From NCBI GenBank assembly GCA_903813345.2, contig CAIIXF020000001.1:27404001-27468000 (forward strand): a stretch of 64,000 bases of DNA. The letters run 5' to 3'. The notes below the pieces were generated by a model that was given only the letters and a program-made list of their open reading frames with translations, had not been told where the DNA came from and did not search any database. Origin of the DNA: Owenia fusiformis (taxonomy: Eukaryota). Of the stretch, positions 26,832 through 39,031 are shown one piece after another (within the stretch, counting starts at the first letter, position 1; each line of letters begins with the position of its first letter). Position numbers and translations under genes: made by a program.

Positions 26832-27781
26832 GTAAGTATATCTTTGAAACCAACCCTATTAACAACATCTATAGTAGAGTTAACGATCCATGATAGCACT
26901 TTTAGGAAAATCATACTTTATTTCACATACCATATTCCAAAATATGTACAATACACAGTGATCACAAATTGAAATTGACGATGAAAATAAGTGTATATTT
27001 TTGATATATTCACACTTTGATAAATCATTATTGGTCCCTGGAAAGAGAACTGGTATAACGAGAGCTGCTATTTTAAAGTTTGGTTAATGCACGTACAAAG
27101 CGTTTTTTACCTTTAGAGTCCAATGGGAGAATAGGCCATGGGTCTTTAACAGGTTTATTTAAAGAGGATCGTTTGACAGGATTTCATTGGATTTCCCTGC
27201 ACTTGGCCTTTCTTGGAAAGGTCTTTTCAAAAATCCGATGGGACCCGCCTAATGGACAGCAGCAATGGGCAGGTCGATGCTTATGTCGGTCCTTAGAGCC
27301 TAGATTTGGACAAAGTGTATTTGATCCTTTTTTTGATATGGCTTTGAATAACAAACGCGTATTGGAATATTTGGAAGCTGTTATTTTCTGCTGGGGCTGA
27401 AAACGAATGTCAAGAGTTATGATCATTCAAAGACGACAGGTAAAGTGTCTACACATTGATTCAATGCATTTTGAGAAAAGCTCAGTATTTCACAATAGTA
27501 CTATGACACTGGTTTCAATGTGAAAACTTCAACTCTTACATATATGAAATATGTAATTATAAATAACACATTATCTTAAAAGCAAGGAAAATTGTATCCC
27601 AGGCTTCCATTTCGCTATTCTGCCATATATGGAGATATCGTTATTACAAATTTCGAATTCAAACAGCCGCCAATTTGTTCACTTCAGAATTTGAATAGCG
27701 AGTTTTTGTCTTATTTCTAATAAAAAATTCAAAACACACAAGACATGATCGAGATATTGGTCCGAATCTGTTGGCCCGTTA

Positions 27782-28746
27782 TCCCCCTATCACACCAAAC
27801 TAGTTTTTACCCGTTCTTGCCAGTCCTACGAAAACGTCGTAAAACGGGCTCAATCTGGCTGTTCGTTCAGGTCGCACCACGTCGGTGTGCAACGTCGTAT
27901 AACGCGTCCCTTAGTCTAGAAGGTCATCATGACCTGATTACAGAACGGTACGATCACCATCGAATTTTGAATCGATTCAACATTCTAAATGACATTTCTC
28001 GTCCGGGAAAGTCCATGAAGTTCGTAAACAGACCTTAGAACGTTGTAGCTACGGGAAATATGTCTAAAATAATTAGTTACTTCGTTCATAAACAGTCTTC
28101 AATACGTCCATCTCATTCGCAGTTCGTTCTGGTCGCACCACGTCGGTGTGCAACGTCGTATAACGCGTGTCTTAGTCTAGGAGTTCACCATGACCTGATT
28201 ACAGAACGGTATGGTCGCCATCGAATTTTGAATCATTTGAAACTTCTAAAATCACCTTCCCGTCTGAGAACGTTCATGAAGTTCGTAAATAGTCCTTAGA
28301 AAGTTGCAGCTACGTTCATTCCGTTCGCACACACTTTAAAACCAGTTTTGAAGAACGCAGTGGCAACTTGCTTTGTGTTATAGCTATATTTTTGCTAACT
28401 CGTTGAAAAATACGTTCTTAATCAGTTTTAACCCGTTTGCACTCGTTCTCAATACGTCCTCAGACAGTTCAACTCGTTGTAAAAACGTTCCTAGTAGGAT
28501 TGAAGTACGACGGTTCCGTTCGTAGTACGTCCAGCCCGTCGTTATTAGGTTGTCACTCGTTCTAATTGTAGAACGTGACGACCAAGAGAACATTTTGAGC
28601 ATGTTCTAAGTTCTAGATGACCCACCCGTGCGTTCGATGTTTTGTAAATAGACCCCAAACTGTTCTAAGTACATCCAGTCCGTTCATACACAGTTGAAGC
28701 CCGTTTTTGAGAAGGTAATGAGAACTAGTTTGGTTTGATAGTAGGG
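27782..28746. mobile_element. PIF/Harbinger-like (Tourist) MITE, copy A, TSD TTA
   Basis: TIRs (t)ccccctatcacaccaaactagtt / aactagtttggtttgatagtaggg, flanked by TTA on both sides. Internal duplication at ~27862 and ~28123. Confidence 0.75.
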
Positions 28747-28915
28747 TTAAATATGAAATAATAGTCAGTTATAATGTCAGAAAATAAGGACATTTTAATC
28801 TTGATATCGATAAACGTCAAGGTCAACATCGAGTAGCGTCCCTTGAATCCATTTCTCTATGATCGTAAGTACATGTTATGTGTACAGCATAAGAAGTTAC
28901 TTAAACTTCTTGTAA

Positions 28916-29717
28916 CCCTACTATCACACCAAACTAGTTCTCACTACGTTCTCGAAAACGGACTTCAACTGTGTATGAACGGACTGGACTGAACCGCATG
29001 GGGTCTATTTACAAACTTCATCGAACGTACTTGAACGGGTAGGTCCTCTAGAACTTAGAACATGCTCAAAATGCTCTCTTGGTCGTCACGTTCTGCAATT
29101 AGAACGAGTGACAACGTACTAACGACGAGCTGGACGTACTACGAACGGATCCATCGAACTTCAATCCTACTAGGGACGTTTTTACAACGAGTTGAACTTT
29201 ATGAGGACGTATTGAGAACGAGGTAGAACTAATTGCAAACAGGTTTAAACTGATTAAGAACGTATTAAAGACTGCTTATGAACGAGTTAGCAAAAATATA
29301 GCTATCACACCCAACAAGTTGCCACTGCGTTCTTCAAAACTGGTTTTAAACTGTGTGCGAACCGAATGAACGTAGCTGAAACTTTCTAAGGACTATTTAC
29401 GAACTACATGAACGTTCTCAGCCGGGAAGGTGATTTAAGAATTTTGAAATGATTCAAAAGTCGATGGCGACCATACCGTTTTGTAATCAGGTCATGGTGA
29501 ACTTCTAGACTAAGAGACGCGTTATACGACGTTGCACACCGACGTGGTGCGACCAGAACGAACTGCGAATGAGATGGACGTATTGAAGACTGTTTATGAA
29601 CGAAGTAGCTAATTATTTCAGACATATTTCCCGACCACAGCCAGAATGAGCCCATTTTACGACGTTTTCGTAGGACTGGCAAGAACGGGTAAGAACTAGT
29701 TTGGTGTGATAGGGGGG
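28916..29717. mobile_element. PIF/Harbinger-like (Tourist) MITE, copy B, inverted relative to copy A, TSD TAA
   Basis: ccctactatcacaccaaactagtt ... aactagtttggtgtgatagggggg, flanked by TAA. Body is the reverse complement of copy A without the internal duplication. Confidence 0.75.
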
Positions 29718-32700
29718 TAACCTACTCAGATGGTATATGTAACCCTATCTCACGTACCGTGAGAATTTTGAATCTAAACTGAAGTACCTCGTGGCTTGCG
29801 CTTTGGATCTGGCACATCTCGCCACTTGGTTTCTCAAATTATCAAACCAGATGAGACATCTAGTGAAACATCGCTCCATAATAGTACACTCTTTATGATT
29901 GATTTTATAAGCGATCCATATCTGAATTATAAGATTCTCAACAACTGCGTCTGCACTATTCAGACCACTGTGCTCACTATTCTGTGTGATTGTGTGATTC
30001 TATTTTTTATTTCGAAATACATCACGACCAATATTAATCTTTAGTAATTGAATTATTTTGATCCAATTTTTTTAAGCAATATTGCTCGACTGTTACTCTG
30101 TACTGATAACATCAGCAATATAGGCACTAAGGATGTGAAACCTGGTCAAAGCTGGTCAAAATGGCAATGTTATTTTCCTATACATAGTGAAAAAAATCGA
30201 CTGATCCGTATGAAAAGCGACCTGGTAATGACCAGCGGAAGGGCCCTTGGGACATACACTGCATGCACTGAAGCCCAACATACACTAAAGGGGGAGGGGT
30301 CCACTTGCTCAATGGAGTTCCACCGTGACCTATTGAGCACTTCGAAGTCTCATTGAACATCATTAACGTAGCCCCATATTGAGCCCCACCGTGTCCCATG
30401 GAGTCCCTCAAAAATGGTGTAATTCAGTTAAAAAGGTTTCATCGCAGACATTTTGATCCAAAAGTCACCTGCCACGTCTCCTTATCAAAAGAACAACAAT
30501 GCCCCATGTAAAGAATGAACATGGTCATGTTCGAGTCACATGGGGAAGTTGTACACCAAGGTTAAAGGTCAATAATTTCCGAACTTTTGTAGTAAAGGAA
30601 CAAAACAAAGATTCAAATGTTAACAGACTATACGTATCAAATGAAGGCTTCTGGTTTCCAAAGTTGGAGAATCGTCATTTTGCAGTAGTCTATTTTGAAA
30701 GGCATTATTTGGTTTTAAATGTATCATTTTAGAGTGAGTTGAGTTTTAAAGTACTGACTTCACGAAATAACTGCTTGTGATTTTTTCAAAATAAAAAAGC
30801 CTACAAAAGATAATAAAAATACCACATTATTAATGTATATACTACGGTATATTTTGTCACTGTAACTTGTCGATGGCGTGATATACCAAGTTGCCCATAA
30901 TTGCATTTCAATAACATTTGATACTCAAAATATTAAGTTGTCGTCATAGAAACTAGGAAATCGAAATGAACCCAATGACAACTTAAAACGTAACATGACA
31001 TGACATGGGTGTATTAACCTGTATAATGGTGATTTTTATATCAATAAATACCTCAAAATGTATGTATTAACCTCGTATTAACCTCGTTAAAGAATCTACT
31101 ACTTTAAGTATTTCTTTATATGTCATTGTCCCAAAATATTCAATCATTATCCTAACAGAAGAATGCCAAAATGGCGAACAATGGGAAACTCTCCCGAAGG
31201 ACATTTACATTAGTTTAGAGGATAACTATCGTTCGATACACTCTTACTTAAAGGCTTTTAACTTCTTAAGTTTTAACCAATTGTTTCATATAAATAGCTT
31301 TCATTGTGTAAGTTATTGTAATTATCCACTTGTTATAATTATAATTATAATTGCAATGACGTCCTACAGGGTATCATTCGTTCCTCAACGCTCAAACAAT
31401 ATCTATTGATTCTGCTTCGATTTCACAAAGTATAGTAGCGGAGAATGACAGGAATAAGGATATTACAATATTACGCAAGCCTGCTAGTTTCAAAGTTGAT
31501 AAGCCCTAATTTTCGACATGTTTTCTTATAATATAAATAACTTCAAATTAGTTATTTTTCCAGAAAGTGATTTCTAAAAGCATTTTTTCTCAAGATGACC
31601 CTTGACCTCAAATTAACTTTCCAGAAATTAAATAAAGTGGTGCAATGATGGTGTAAAAGTTAGCGAAGCTATTTTTATATTTTATTTATTTTTTTGAACA
31701 ACAACCTTTTCTTGATATTCGTGCAAGCACTCAGTGGGAGTTTGTTCCCAACCGCTTTTATAACTGCCTTATACAAATTAATTACCATCAAGGTAATTTT
31801 TATTACGTAATCACAACCATTGTTACGTCAAATTATGTAATATTATGTAATACAATTTAGAAGTTATGATTTTATAATATATATATATTATATAAGTAAA
31901 AATAAGAAGAACTAATAAAATACGTTTGAAAATCTAAACATGTTTCTTTATTCCTCAGTAGATTTTTCAAAAATGAGAACAAGAGGTTTACAGGTAAGTA
32001 TGACGTAATATTAATATAATTAATTAAACGTCATGGAAACCAATAAACAATTTATTTGTTTAGTTTTGGTTTAAAATATACAGGTAAAAGGTATATGACG
32101 TAATATTAATACAATTAATTATTATAATTATATATATAATTATTATAATAATATAATTAATATTATTATATATATATATATCTCACACACAAAACTTATC
32201 TTTTCTGTGGTTTATATTCATCATATAAATAAACCCTAATGCTTCATTAGGAAATTTATGGGAGGAATATACCACACACTCTGTGCGATTTTTCATGCCT
32301 GTTATTGCTCCACCCACATGTCACTGTCAACCAATAGCATGCTTGTCTTTCCTAATCTCACACCATGCTAAGGATCATACCCTCTGTTCCATATCTTCTT
32401 GCTACATACTGTTGGAACACAGTCACCGGACTTCCATTTTACGTTCAATCAAACTATCATAAAAAATACCATAATTAAATTGATCCAAGTAACTGAAAAT
32501 TGGTTAAAATAATAATTTATAGTTTATTGATGATTCATTCAAATAAGATTTGTGTTTCTTTGTATGGAAACTGTTACAACACAAGAATACAATACATTAC
32601 AAACTCTTAGCCCACCCTAATTGTGAAATCTTGATAAAATGTAGAGGGTGGGTTTAGGGTGGGGAAATGAATTTTAACGTCGACTGGAATTTTAAAAAGA

Positions 32701-33453
32701 AGCTGTTGATATAAGAAGTTCTTTGTTGTAAATAAAAGATTGAAATTACTTTAATTAATTACAATATTGAAAATAACTTGATTTGAAATAAATGAAAGTA
32801 TAAAAACCTTACCTGGAATTTCAAAAAGAAGCTGTTGATATAAGAAGTTCTTTGTTGTAAGTGAAGGTAAGTAAAATTGGCGGGTAATAATTATAATATT
32901 GGGTCATGTGACAACAGGTAAGGTTTCTATTGGTTGAAGTTAATTATGTTGACCAATTAAATTACAGCATTTTAGGTACCAACAATTGGTCTCAAAAATA
33001 CGACAAATTAAATTGATCCAAGTAACTGAAAATTGGTTAAAATAATAATTTATAGTTTATTGATGATTCATTCAAATAAGATTTGTGTTTCTTTGTATGG
33101 AAACTGTTACAACACAAGATTACAATACATTACAAACTCTTAGTTTGTTAGTTAAATACAAACAATAAAGTGACATATTATGACACTTAAAATATTACAG
33201 TTTATTGACAAAACATACATAAATTAAATAAGACTCAAAACAAGACAACGTAAAATAAAACAAAAACATAAAAACATAAAGTAAAATGAAACTTATAACA
33301 CATTTATTTGGCGCAAGGGCGACTAGTTTGCAAGAAAACATATTTATTATGTTTTCATGATAATTTAAAGTAATCAAACTGGTCGCGCCCACCAAGCCGA
33401 GGCGCCAAGAATAAACTTATGAACATTTACCATGCGTAATGTAGTGAATTTGA

Positions 33454-34439
33454 TTAAATTTGTGCTAACATTCTCTGACTGACTGCTAGTTTGGAAGCGA
33501 TATTCAATTCTATGTATCTAAGATAACACTGCGAAGCCCAATCTCCATGTGCCTTAATGGCTTCACCAGTAACGTTAGCGTTGAATGCCCAGGAAGCTCC
33601 CCCTCTTCTGCAACTATGTCCACTATAAAATGAAGGATTATGTCCTAAATTTTGTAATTTGTTTCTCAAAATTTTAACAAATTTTTGCCTTGTAAATGTA
33701 ATCAATTTACCATTCTTTGAGTAAAGAAAGGCTGGAGAAGTTTTCTTATATATATGGAAAGAATTTTTATGATTGAATGCGGACACAATATTTAAGGGAG
33801 AACTTTCTTTGGCTAACACGGGAAGTGTTAAAATGCGTTGTGCTGCTTGGTTTGTTTTAGAGTGTTTTATGAGGAAATCTGAGTCTTGTTTGAAAATATC
33901 TTGTTGTAACAGATGTTTGTTGTTCTCAAAAGTAGAAGTTGTATAAGGGATAATGTTTCCTGCTCTTGCGAATAAGAACGTAAGTGTGAGGATTAGAAAC
34001 CAAAATGTGGACTCTAAATCTGAGGTTAGATCTAAAGAGCCAAAAATTTGAGTTAAAATTTCTGGGGTAATAGGTAAAGCTCTTTTGACGGTGTGTAGAT
34101 TATTTCTTTGTAAACCTTTATAAAGGAGTTTGTATTGGAATTCCCTATGAAGTAAAGGAAAGGGCAATTCATGTAATAAATGTAGAACTTTTATACCGTT
34201 TTCATAATTTAAAATTGAAGACACTGATTTGAAAGTCCTACTCAAGAATTGCATGTAAATAAGAATGGTGTCTGTTTGAACTGGTAAAAATGCCATGTTG
34301 TAATAAACACAAAATAAAAGAAAAGTATCCTCCATTGTGTGTATAAATTCTGCCAGGTTTTGCTGTTATATGCAGACATCATGTTGTGATTAGCTTGCTT
34401 TTTGAGCTCCTTGATTTGATCTGGAAAAATTACCAACAT
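33454..34439 (-). CDS. Tyrosine recombinase of the DIRS/Ngaro element (one frameshift near 34330)
   Basis: Catalytic motifs FLFARAGN, KHSKTNQ, GHSCRRGGA, HGDWAS, CYLRY. The N-terminal part (SAYNSKTWQNLYTQW) lies in the adjacent frame (34242-34439). Confidence 0.88.
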
Positions 34440-34800
34440 TCATTAAAATTGAAATGATAAGATTTGATTTTGTACTCGACTGAATTCACTGGGAGCAATT
34501 GTTTAGCTTTGTTTTGGAATTCTAAGTCTGTATGCCACCTGCTGAGACTATCTGCTAACACATTGGTATGACCGGGTATGTGTGTTGCTTTGATTTGAAA
34601 GTTGTGCGTAGCTGCTACGAAAGAAATTTCTCTTAAGAGCAACAGTAAAAACTTATCTCTGGATTTACCGGTGTTGATCACCAATACCGAAGTTTGGTTG
34701 TCGCAATTGACCAAAAGGCGTTTCTTTTGGAAGTGGTGACCCCAGAGTTTTAATGCTAATAATATAGCTAGTAATTCCAAAGCGTTAATGCTGTAAGATT
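34430..34800 (-). CDS. RNase H domain (DIRS/Ngaro type), N-terminally truncated
   Basis: SINALELLAILLALKLWG, VNCDNQTSV, HIPGHTNVLADSLSR. Confidence 0.9.
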
Positions 34801-35262
34801 GTAAGAAATGAAAATGAATTTTAACGTCGACTGGAATTTTAAAAAGAAGCTGTTGATATAAGAAGTTCTTTGTTGTAAATAAAAGATTGAAATTACTTTA
34901 ATTAATTACAATATTGAAAATAACTTGATTTGAAATAAATGAAAGTATAAAAACCTTACCTGGAATTTTAAAAAAGAAGCTGTTGATATAAGAAGTTCTT
35001 TGTTGTAAGTGAAGGTAAGTAAAATTGGCGGGTAATAATTATAATATTGGGTCATGTGACAACAGGTAAGGTTTCTATTGGTTGAAGTTAATTATGTTGA
35101 CCAATTAAATTACAGCATTTTAGGTACCAACAATTGGTCTCAAAAATACGACAAATTAATTAACTGATATATATTTACATTTACAGTCTTGACTTCCATT
35201 TGTCCCATAAGTGGAGTCTCAAAAGCTCGCCTCGTTTCAAAATGAAATTATATAACTTGCAG

Positions 35263-35334
35263 AACCTGTTGCTACAACTACGTCTACTGCAGCGCCGACG
35301 ACAGAGGGCGTTACTACTGCTCCAGCGCTACCAG
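35263..35334 (+). CDS. Thr/Pro-rich (mucin-like) linker exon of the PAN-EGF-LamG gene
   Basis: ttgcag|AA CCT GTT GCT ACA ... CTA CCA G|gtatag; 72 bp, phase 1-1, encodes EPVATTTSTAAPTTEGVTTAPALP. Phase-compatible with the EGF exon donor and the LamG exon acceptor. Confidence 0.7.
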
Positions 35335-35669
35335 GTATAGAATGATTAATATAACATTTAGAATTAGTTGTTCAGTCAGTATGTAGCTCATATGGTGTGA
35401 GCTATTGTTTACTCGAGTCTCTAGCCAATTCTTGGCTAGAAGTGATTCCATCTGGAACTCCGTGAACTATTGTAAAATCTCAGTGGCCATAGAATATGGT
35501 AAGCTATTGTCACCAACTATCCGTCTGTCCGAGCCGTCTTTCAACATATTGGTACCTCATTTGAAATCCCCGATGACAATTCAAATGGCTTCACTTTTAA
35601 AATGTGTCAATAAAAACGTCCATTTGTCCCATAAGTGGTGTCTCAAAAGCTCGCCTTTTATTGCCAAAA

Positions 35670-36587
35670 CCCGGGGGTTTCACTCCAATATAATGTACTT
35701 CTTAATACCTATGTGCCGCCCCAAAGACCCCCTTTTGAGCATTATTTCCTTCTCAATTTCCTCTCAAGATCGAAAGTTTCCATGTTTAATTCCTCTGAGA
35801 CTTATAATTGACTAAAAAATCAACTTTTCTAGTGATTTGTTCCAGGCCTTTACAACTGATTTAAAGGGGCAATACCGGAAATCGGGAATAATTCCTTAGA
35901 AAAACTTCAAAATAAATCGTTGGTGCCTCAAACCTGCCCCTAAGAATGGCTACGACGTGAACTTACTTTTGTCAAAATACCGGAGCCTGAAAAAAATCAC
36001 TCACCTAGATATCAACGAAAGAAGTGTCAGTTTCGTTCGACTGCGAGAGCAAAATTGAAGCTGAGCTAAACGGTTTTCGTTTGTCGTAAAATTGACCTCA
36101 TTTAACTGCGCCATCTGGCGAATGAATCATTGTTTCGTGTCATATGATTCGTTGTTTTGTGTCACGTGACCTACCTTTAGACCTTTTGCCACCTATCGTA
36201 AGTTAATCGAATTAAAATGAAATTTTTCGATCCAAGAAGAAAATTTGCACAAAAATTATAAACTCCGCTTGACATAATCTTTTTCACTCTATCGTCTTCT
36301 TGATGAGGCAGATCGGAACTTGGGATTAATAGCCATTCAACCAAGCCACAAAAAGTATGTATATTAGTTGTTCAACATGTTCAATTGTGTTAATATTTCC
36401 CGGAACTCGGCCTTTAACGAATTTAATACAATTTTTTGTAGTTTGACTTAAAAAGGGTACTTTCATAGACAATTTTCCCTGTTTTTTTCCTCTCAGAATG
36501 GCCGCCATTTTCCATGTTTTATACTCAAAGCTAAAATTGGCCGTGCTGCACATACCTACCCAAATTATTTGGAGTGAACCCCCCGGG
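35670..36587. mobile_element. CCCGGGGG-terminal MITE with 7-bp TSD GCCAAAA, containing a nested TTAA-flanked Kolobok-like element (~35865-36413)
   Basis: gccaaaa|cccgggggtttcactccaa ... ttggagtgaaccccccggg|gccaaaa; inner ttaa|aggggcaataccgga ... cccggaactcggcct|ttaa. Confidence 0.6.
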
Positions 36588-37146
36588 GCCAAAAATCAGG
36601 TCTTCAGCTTTATTTGTTTTAATTGCATGAGTATTTTAACAAGTTTTGCTCTTAAAATGTGTGTAAAAAGTAAAATCGTCCCATAAGTGGCGTCCCAAAA
36701 GTTCGCCTCTTACAAAATGCACTTTTATCTCGAAAAACCAGGCATTATTCTCTTAATGTGCAAGGAGTTTTACAGGTAGCTTATTTCATAGGTTAAGAAT
36801 AATGTCTACAAGTTTCGACAACATATGGCGCAAAGATTCAAAGTACCCGCAACTTGAGATATCCAAACGTACTGCATTAATTTGTTTAAAAATGTACAGA
36901 GAGCTATAGATTGATAGTATGAAGTCAAGAACTTTTGGCAAAAAGTCTCGTAAATTTAAAAATTGCCGCCGTTGTAATTGCTGAAATATCCTGTTTCTGC
37001 TCTTAATTGTCATTAATCCTCAAGGTATTTAATCAGATTGCTTGAAATTTTACAGCTACTTTATTTTAATGTCTCCAAGTTACAACAGTGGCCATGGTCA
37101 TTTGAAAACGGGTACACTATGTGCGCCCAGTGCTTATTCTATTTAA

Positions 37147-37981
37147 AGGTCATATATAAAGTTTAAACTACTGTGGCTTATTTTGTAGTCTTACCAAATG
37201 TTATCAAAATGTGATGTGCGAAACTTTGTTTTTGAATTTCAAAAAGTGTTTTTGAAGGACTTTTTGTTCGAAAAATCGTGAATTAATTCAAAACTAAATT
37301 TTAGAGCACACATATATCTTTTAATAAGTGATAATTCACACCTATGCGTAGTATTAATTCCAACGTGTCTTTTGCAGGAATAATAATGAAAATTGGTTGA
37401 TAAATAAGCGAGAAATGAACTCATCCATGTGTGAAAGTAGTTCAGAGAAAAATGCATTTTAAAATTTTAGTTCTTATAGAAACCAATGGTGCAGCAATAT
37501 TTAAACACAATATATTCTTCTTTTCAACCCAGTCAGACAATCGATGTTGGTTTATTTTGAAAGTTTAGCATATTATTTAGACACAGTTGTCAAAAGAAAT
37601 ATATTTGAATTTTTTTTCAAAACATAATTGCACCCTACGACATTACGATGATGTCACTTAGGGTGTACATTTTTGAATATGCTAAAACATTTAAGTGGTA
37701 CACAAGGTATGACATTTTAATATTGAAATATTATGTCCTTTGTTTAATCTTCGCAGTGGTGTTAAAAAGTTAATATGTTTTGCACTATATAGTGGAATAT
37801 TTAATGATTAAAAACGTTCAACTTTTATTTGAAAAATGGCGGGAAATTTGAATATTTGAAAAATGAAAATCGGAATACTTTTCCTTCCCTAATTTTTTAA
37901 AAAATCTCTAAATAACTTTTAAAGTCATGAGAAATACTAAATGAATGATAAAAACATATTTTCAAATTTTAGATGGGGCCT
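37147..37981. mobile_element. Kolobok-like non-autonomous element related to 8885-10566
   Basis: ttaa|aggtcatatataaagttt ... ttcaaattttagatggggcct; internal sequence shared with the copy at 8885. Confidence 0.5.
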
Positions 37982-38086
37982 TTTACACGTTTTTGTTTCA
38001 GAAAAATAAGCAAAATGACTACTTATTGTTTTCAATCATTTAGAAATGTTCTTGTCATGGGAAGTAATTAAGTCTCAAATCTCATT

Positions 38087-38450
38087 ACTGGATTTTTTCG
38101 CATCATATACGCCCCCCTAATGGCCCATGGGCCAAAAATCGAATGTTGTACGCTTATACACCCATGGGCCTATAAAAATTGACTATTTATTGATTTTTTC
38201 AATAAATTCAAGAGTATTTTGTCACTGGCAGATCGTTCTGTCGTTACTTTGTTTCATTGTATTAACATTCATTAACAACTTAACATTCCATTGTATTCAT
38301 CAGCTCTTCTCGCCTTTACGCCCACTTGGCCAAAAATCGAAAGTAGCACACTTATACGCCCATGGGCGAAAAATAAGAGGTAAAATAACAGACGAAATTA
38401 CCCCTTCTTTCAGTTATACACCCAGGGCTTATATGCGAGAAAATCCGGTA
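38087..38450. mobile_element. pogo/Tigger-like MITE (TA ends)
   Basis: tactggattttttcgcatcatatacgccc versus gggcttatatgcgagaaaatccggta (reverse complement). Confidence 0.55.
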
Positions 38451-38622
38451 TGCGAATTTAAATAATTTCAATATCAATTTTAAAATTGTACAGTTTTATT
38501 TCCAGAATTGCCACGAGCCTATCATATTTTGTCTAGCAGCGATTCAATACATTACAATACTGAAATAATACATCCATTGCTCCGTCTGATACGTTTTGTA
38601 GCTTTTTTTATAAAAGTTTCAG

Positions 38623-39031
38623 ATGTGCACATTACCTTTAACATTGATTCTGTGAGTGGGACAACAATCACCTCAACCGATGGCCTTCTCAGTGGAACAC
38701 TTTGGTCTTCTCCTTACTTCGTATCAGGTAAGGTAGGAAAGACCATATCATTTGACGGAACTGGACAGATGATAGATTTCGGAAATCAGCGCGCAACCTG
38801 CTTGGGAAATCTTGACAATTGTGTCAATGGACACAGCATGGTATTTTGGTTTTATCACAACACACCAACTATATCCACAACCTATTATTATTATATATCA
38901 TCAGGTGGCCAAAATAGCGGTCCAACTAGCCATGGAATAGCGGTCCGGATTAATGCGGATGACACTCTTGGTTTCTACCATGCAACAACAGCGAATAAAC
39001 AATGGGACACTACGGTGAACAATATTGCTAC
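38623..39031 (+). CDS. Laminin G / concanavalin A-like (LamG_3) terminal exon, 5' part, interrupted by Gypsy
   Basis: Acceptor tttcag| (in-frame alternatives at 38617 and 38506). Encodes GKVGKTISFDGTGQMIDFG..CLGNLDNCVNGHSMVFW..SSGGQ..HGIAV..NNIAT. Confidence 0.8.

Larger units (their letters stand above)
32473..35160 (-). mobile_element. Ngaro/PAT-type tyrosine-recombinase (DIRS-order) retrotransposon with split direct repeats; gag and RT deleted
   Basis: On the minus strand: A1 (~35159-34812), RNase H, YR, B1 (~33143-33006), A2 (~33011-32665), short spacer, B2 (~32610-32473). A copies and B copies are near-identical pairs. No methyltransferase between RH and YR. Confidence 0.88.

Noticed and set aside
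27745-29682. Repeated small ORFs containing VAPRRCATSYNA
   Set aside because: Translations of the duplicated MITE interior, with differing frames and stops between copies.
30048-32440. Scattered coding-looking stretches (for example 30190-30290, 31370-31490, 32270-32440)
   Set aside because: No recognisable domain or consistent exon chain could be supported by eye.
33454-34335. Phage integrase or bacterial horizontal transfer
   Set aside because: Adjacent DIRS-type RNase H and split direct repeats identify it as a retrotransposon tyrosine recombinase.
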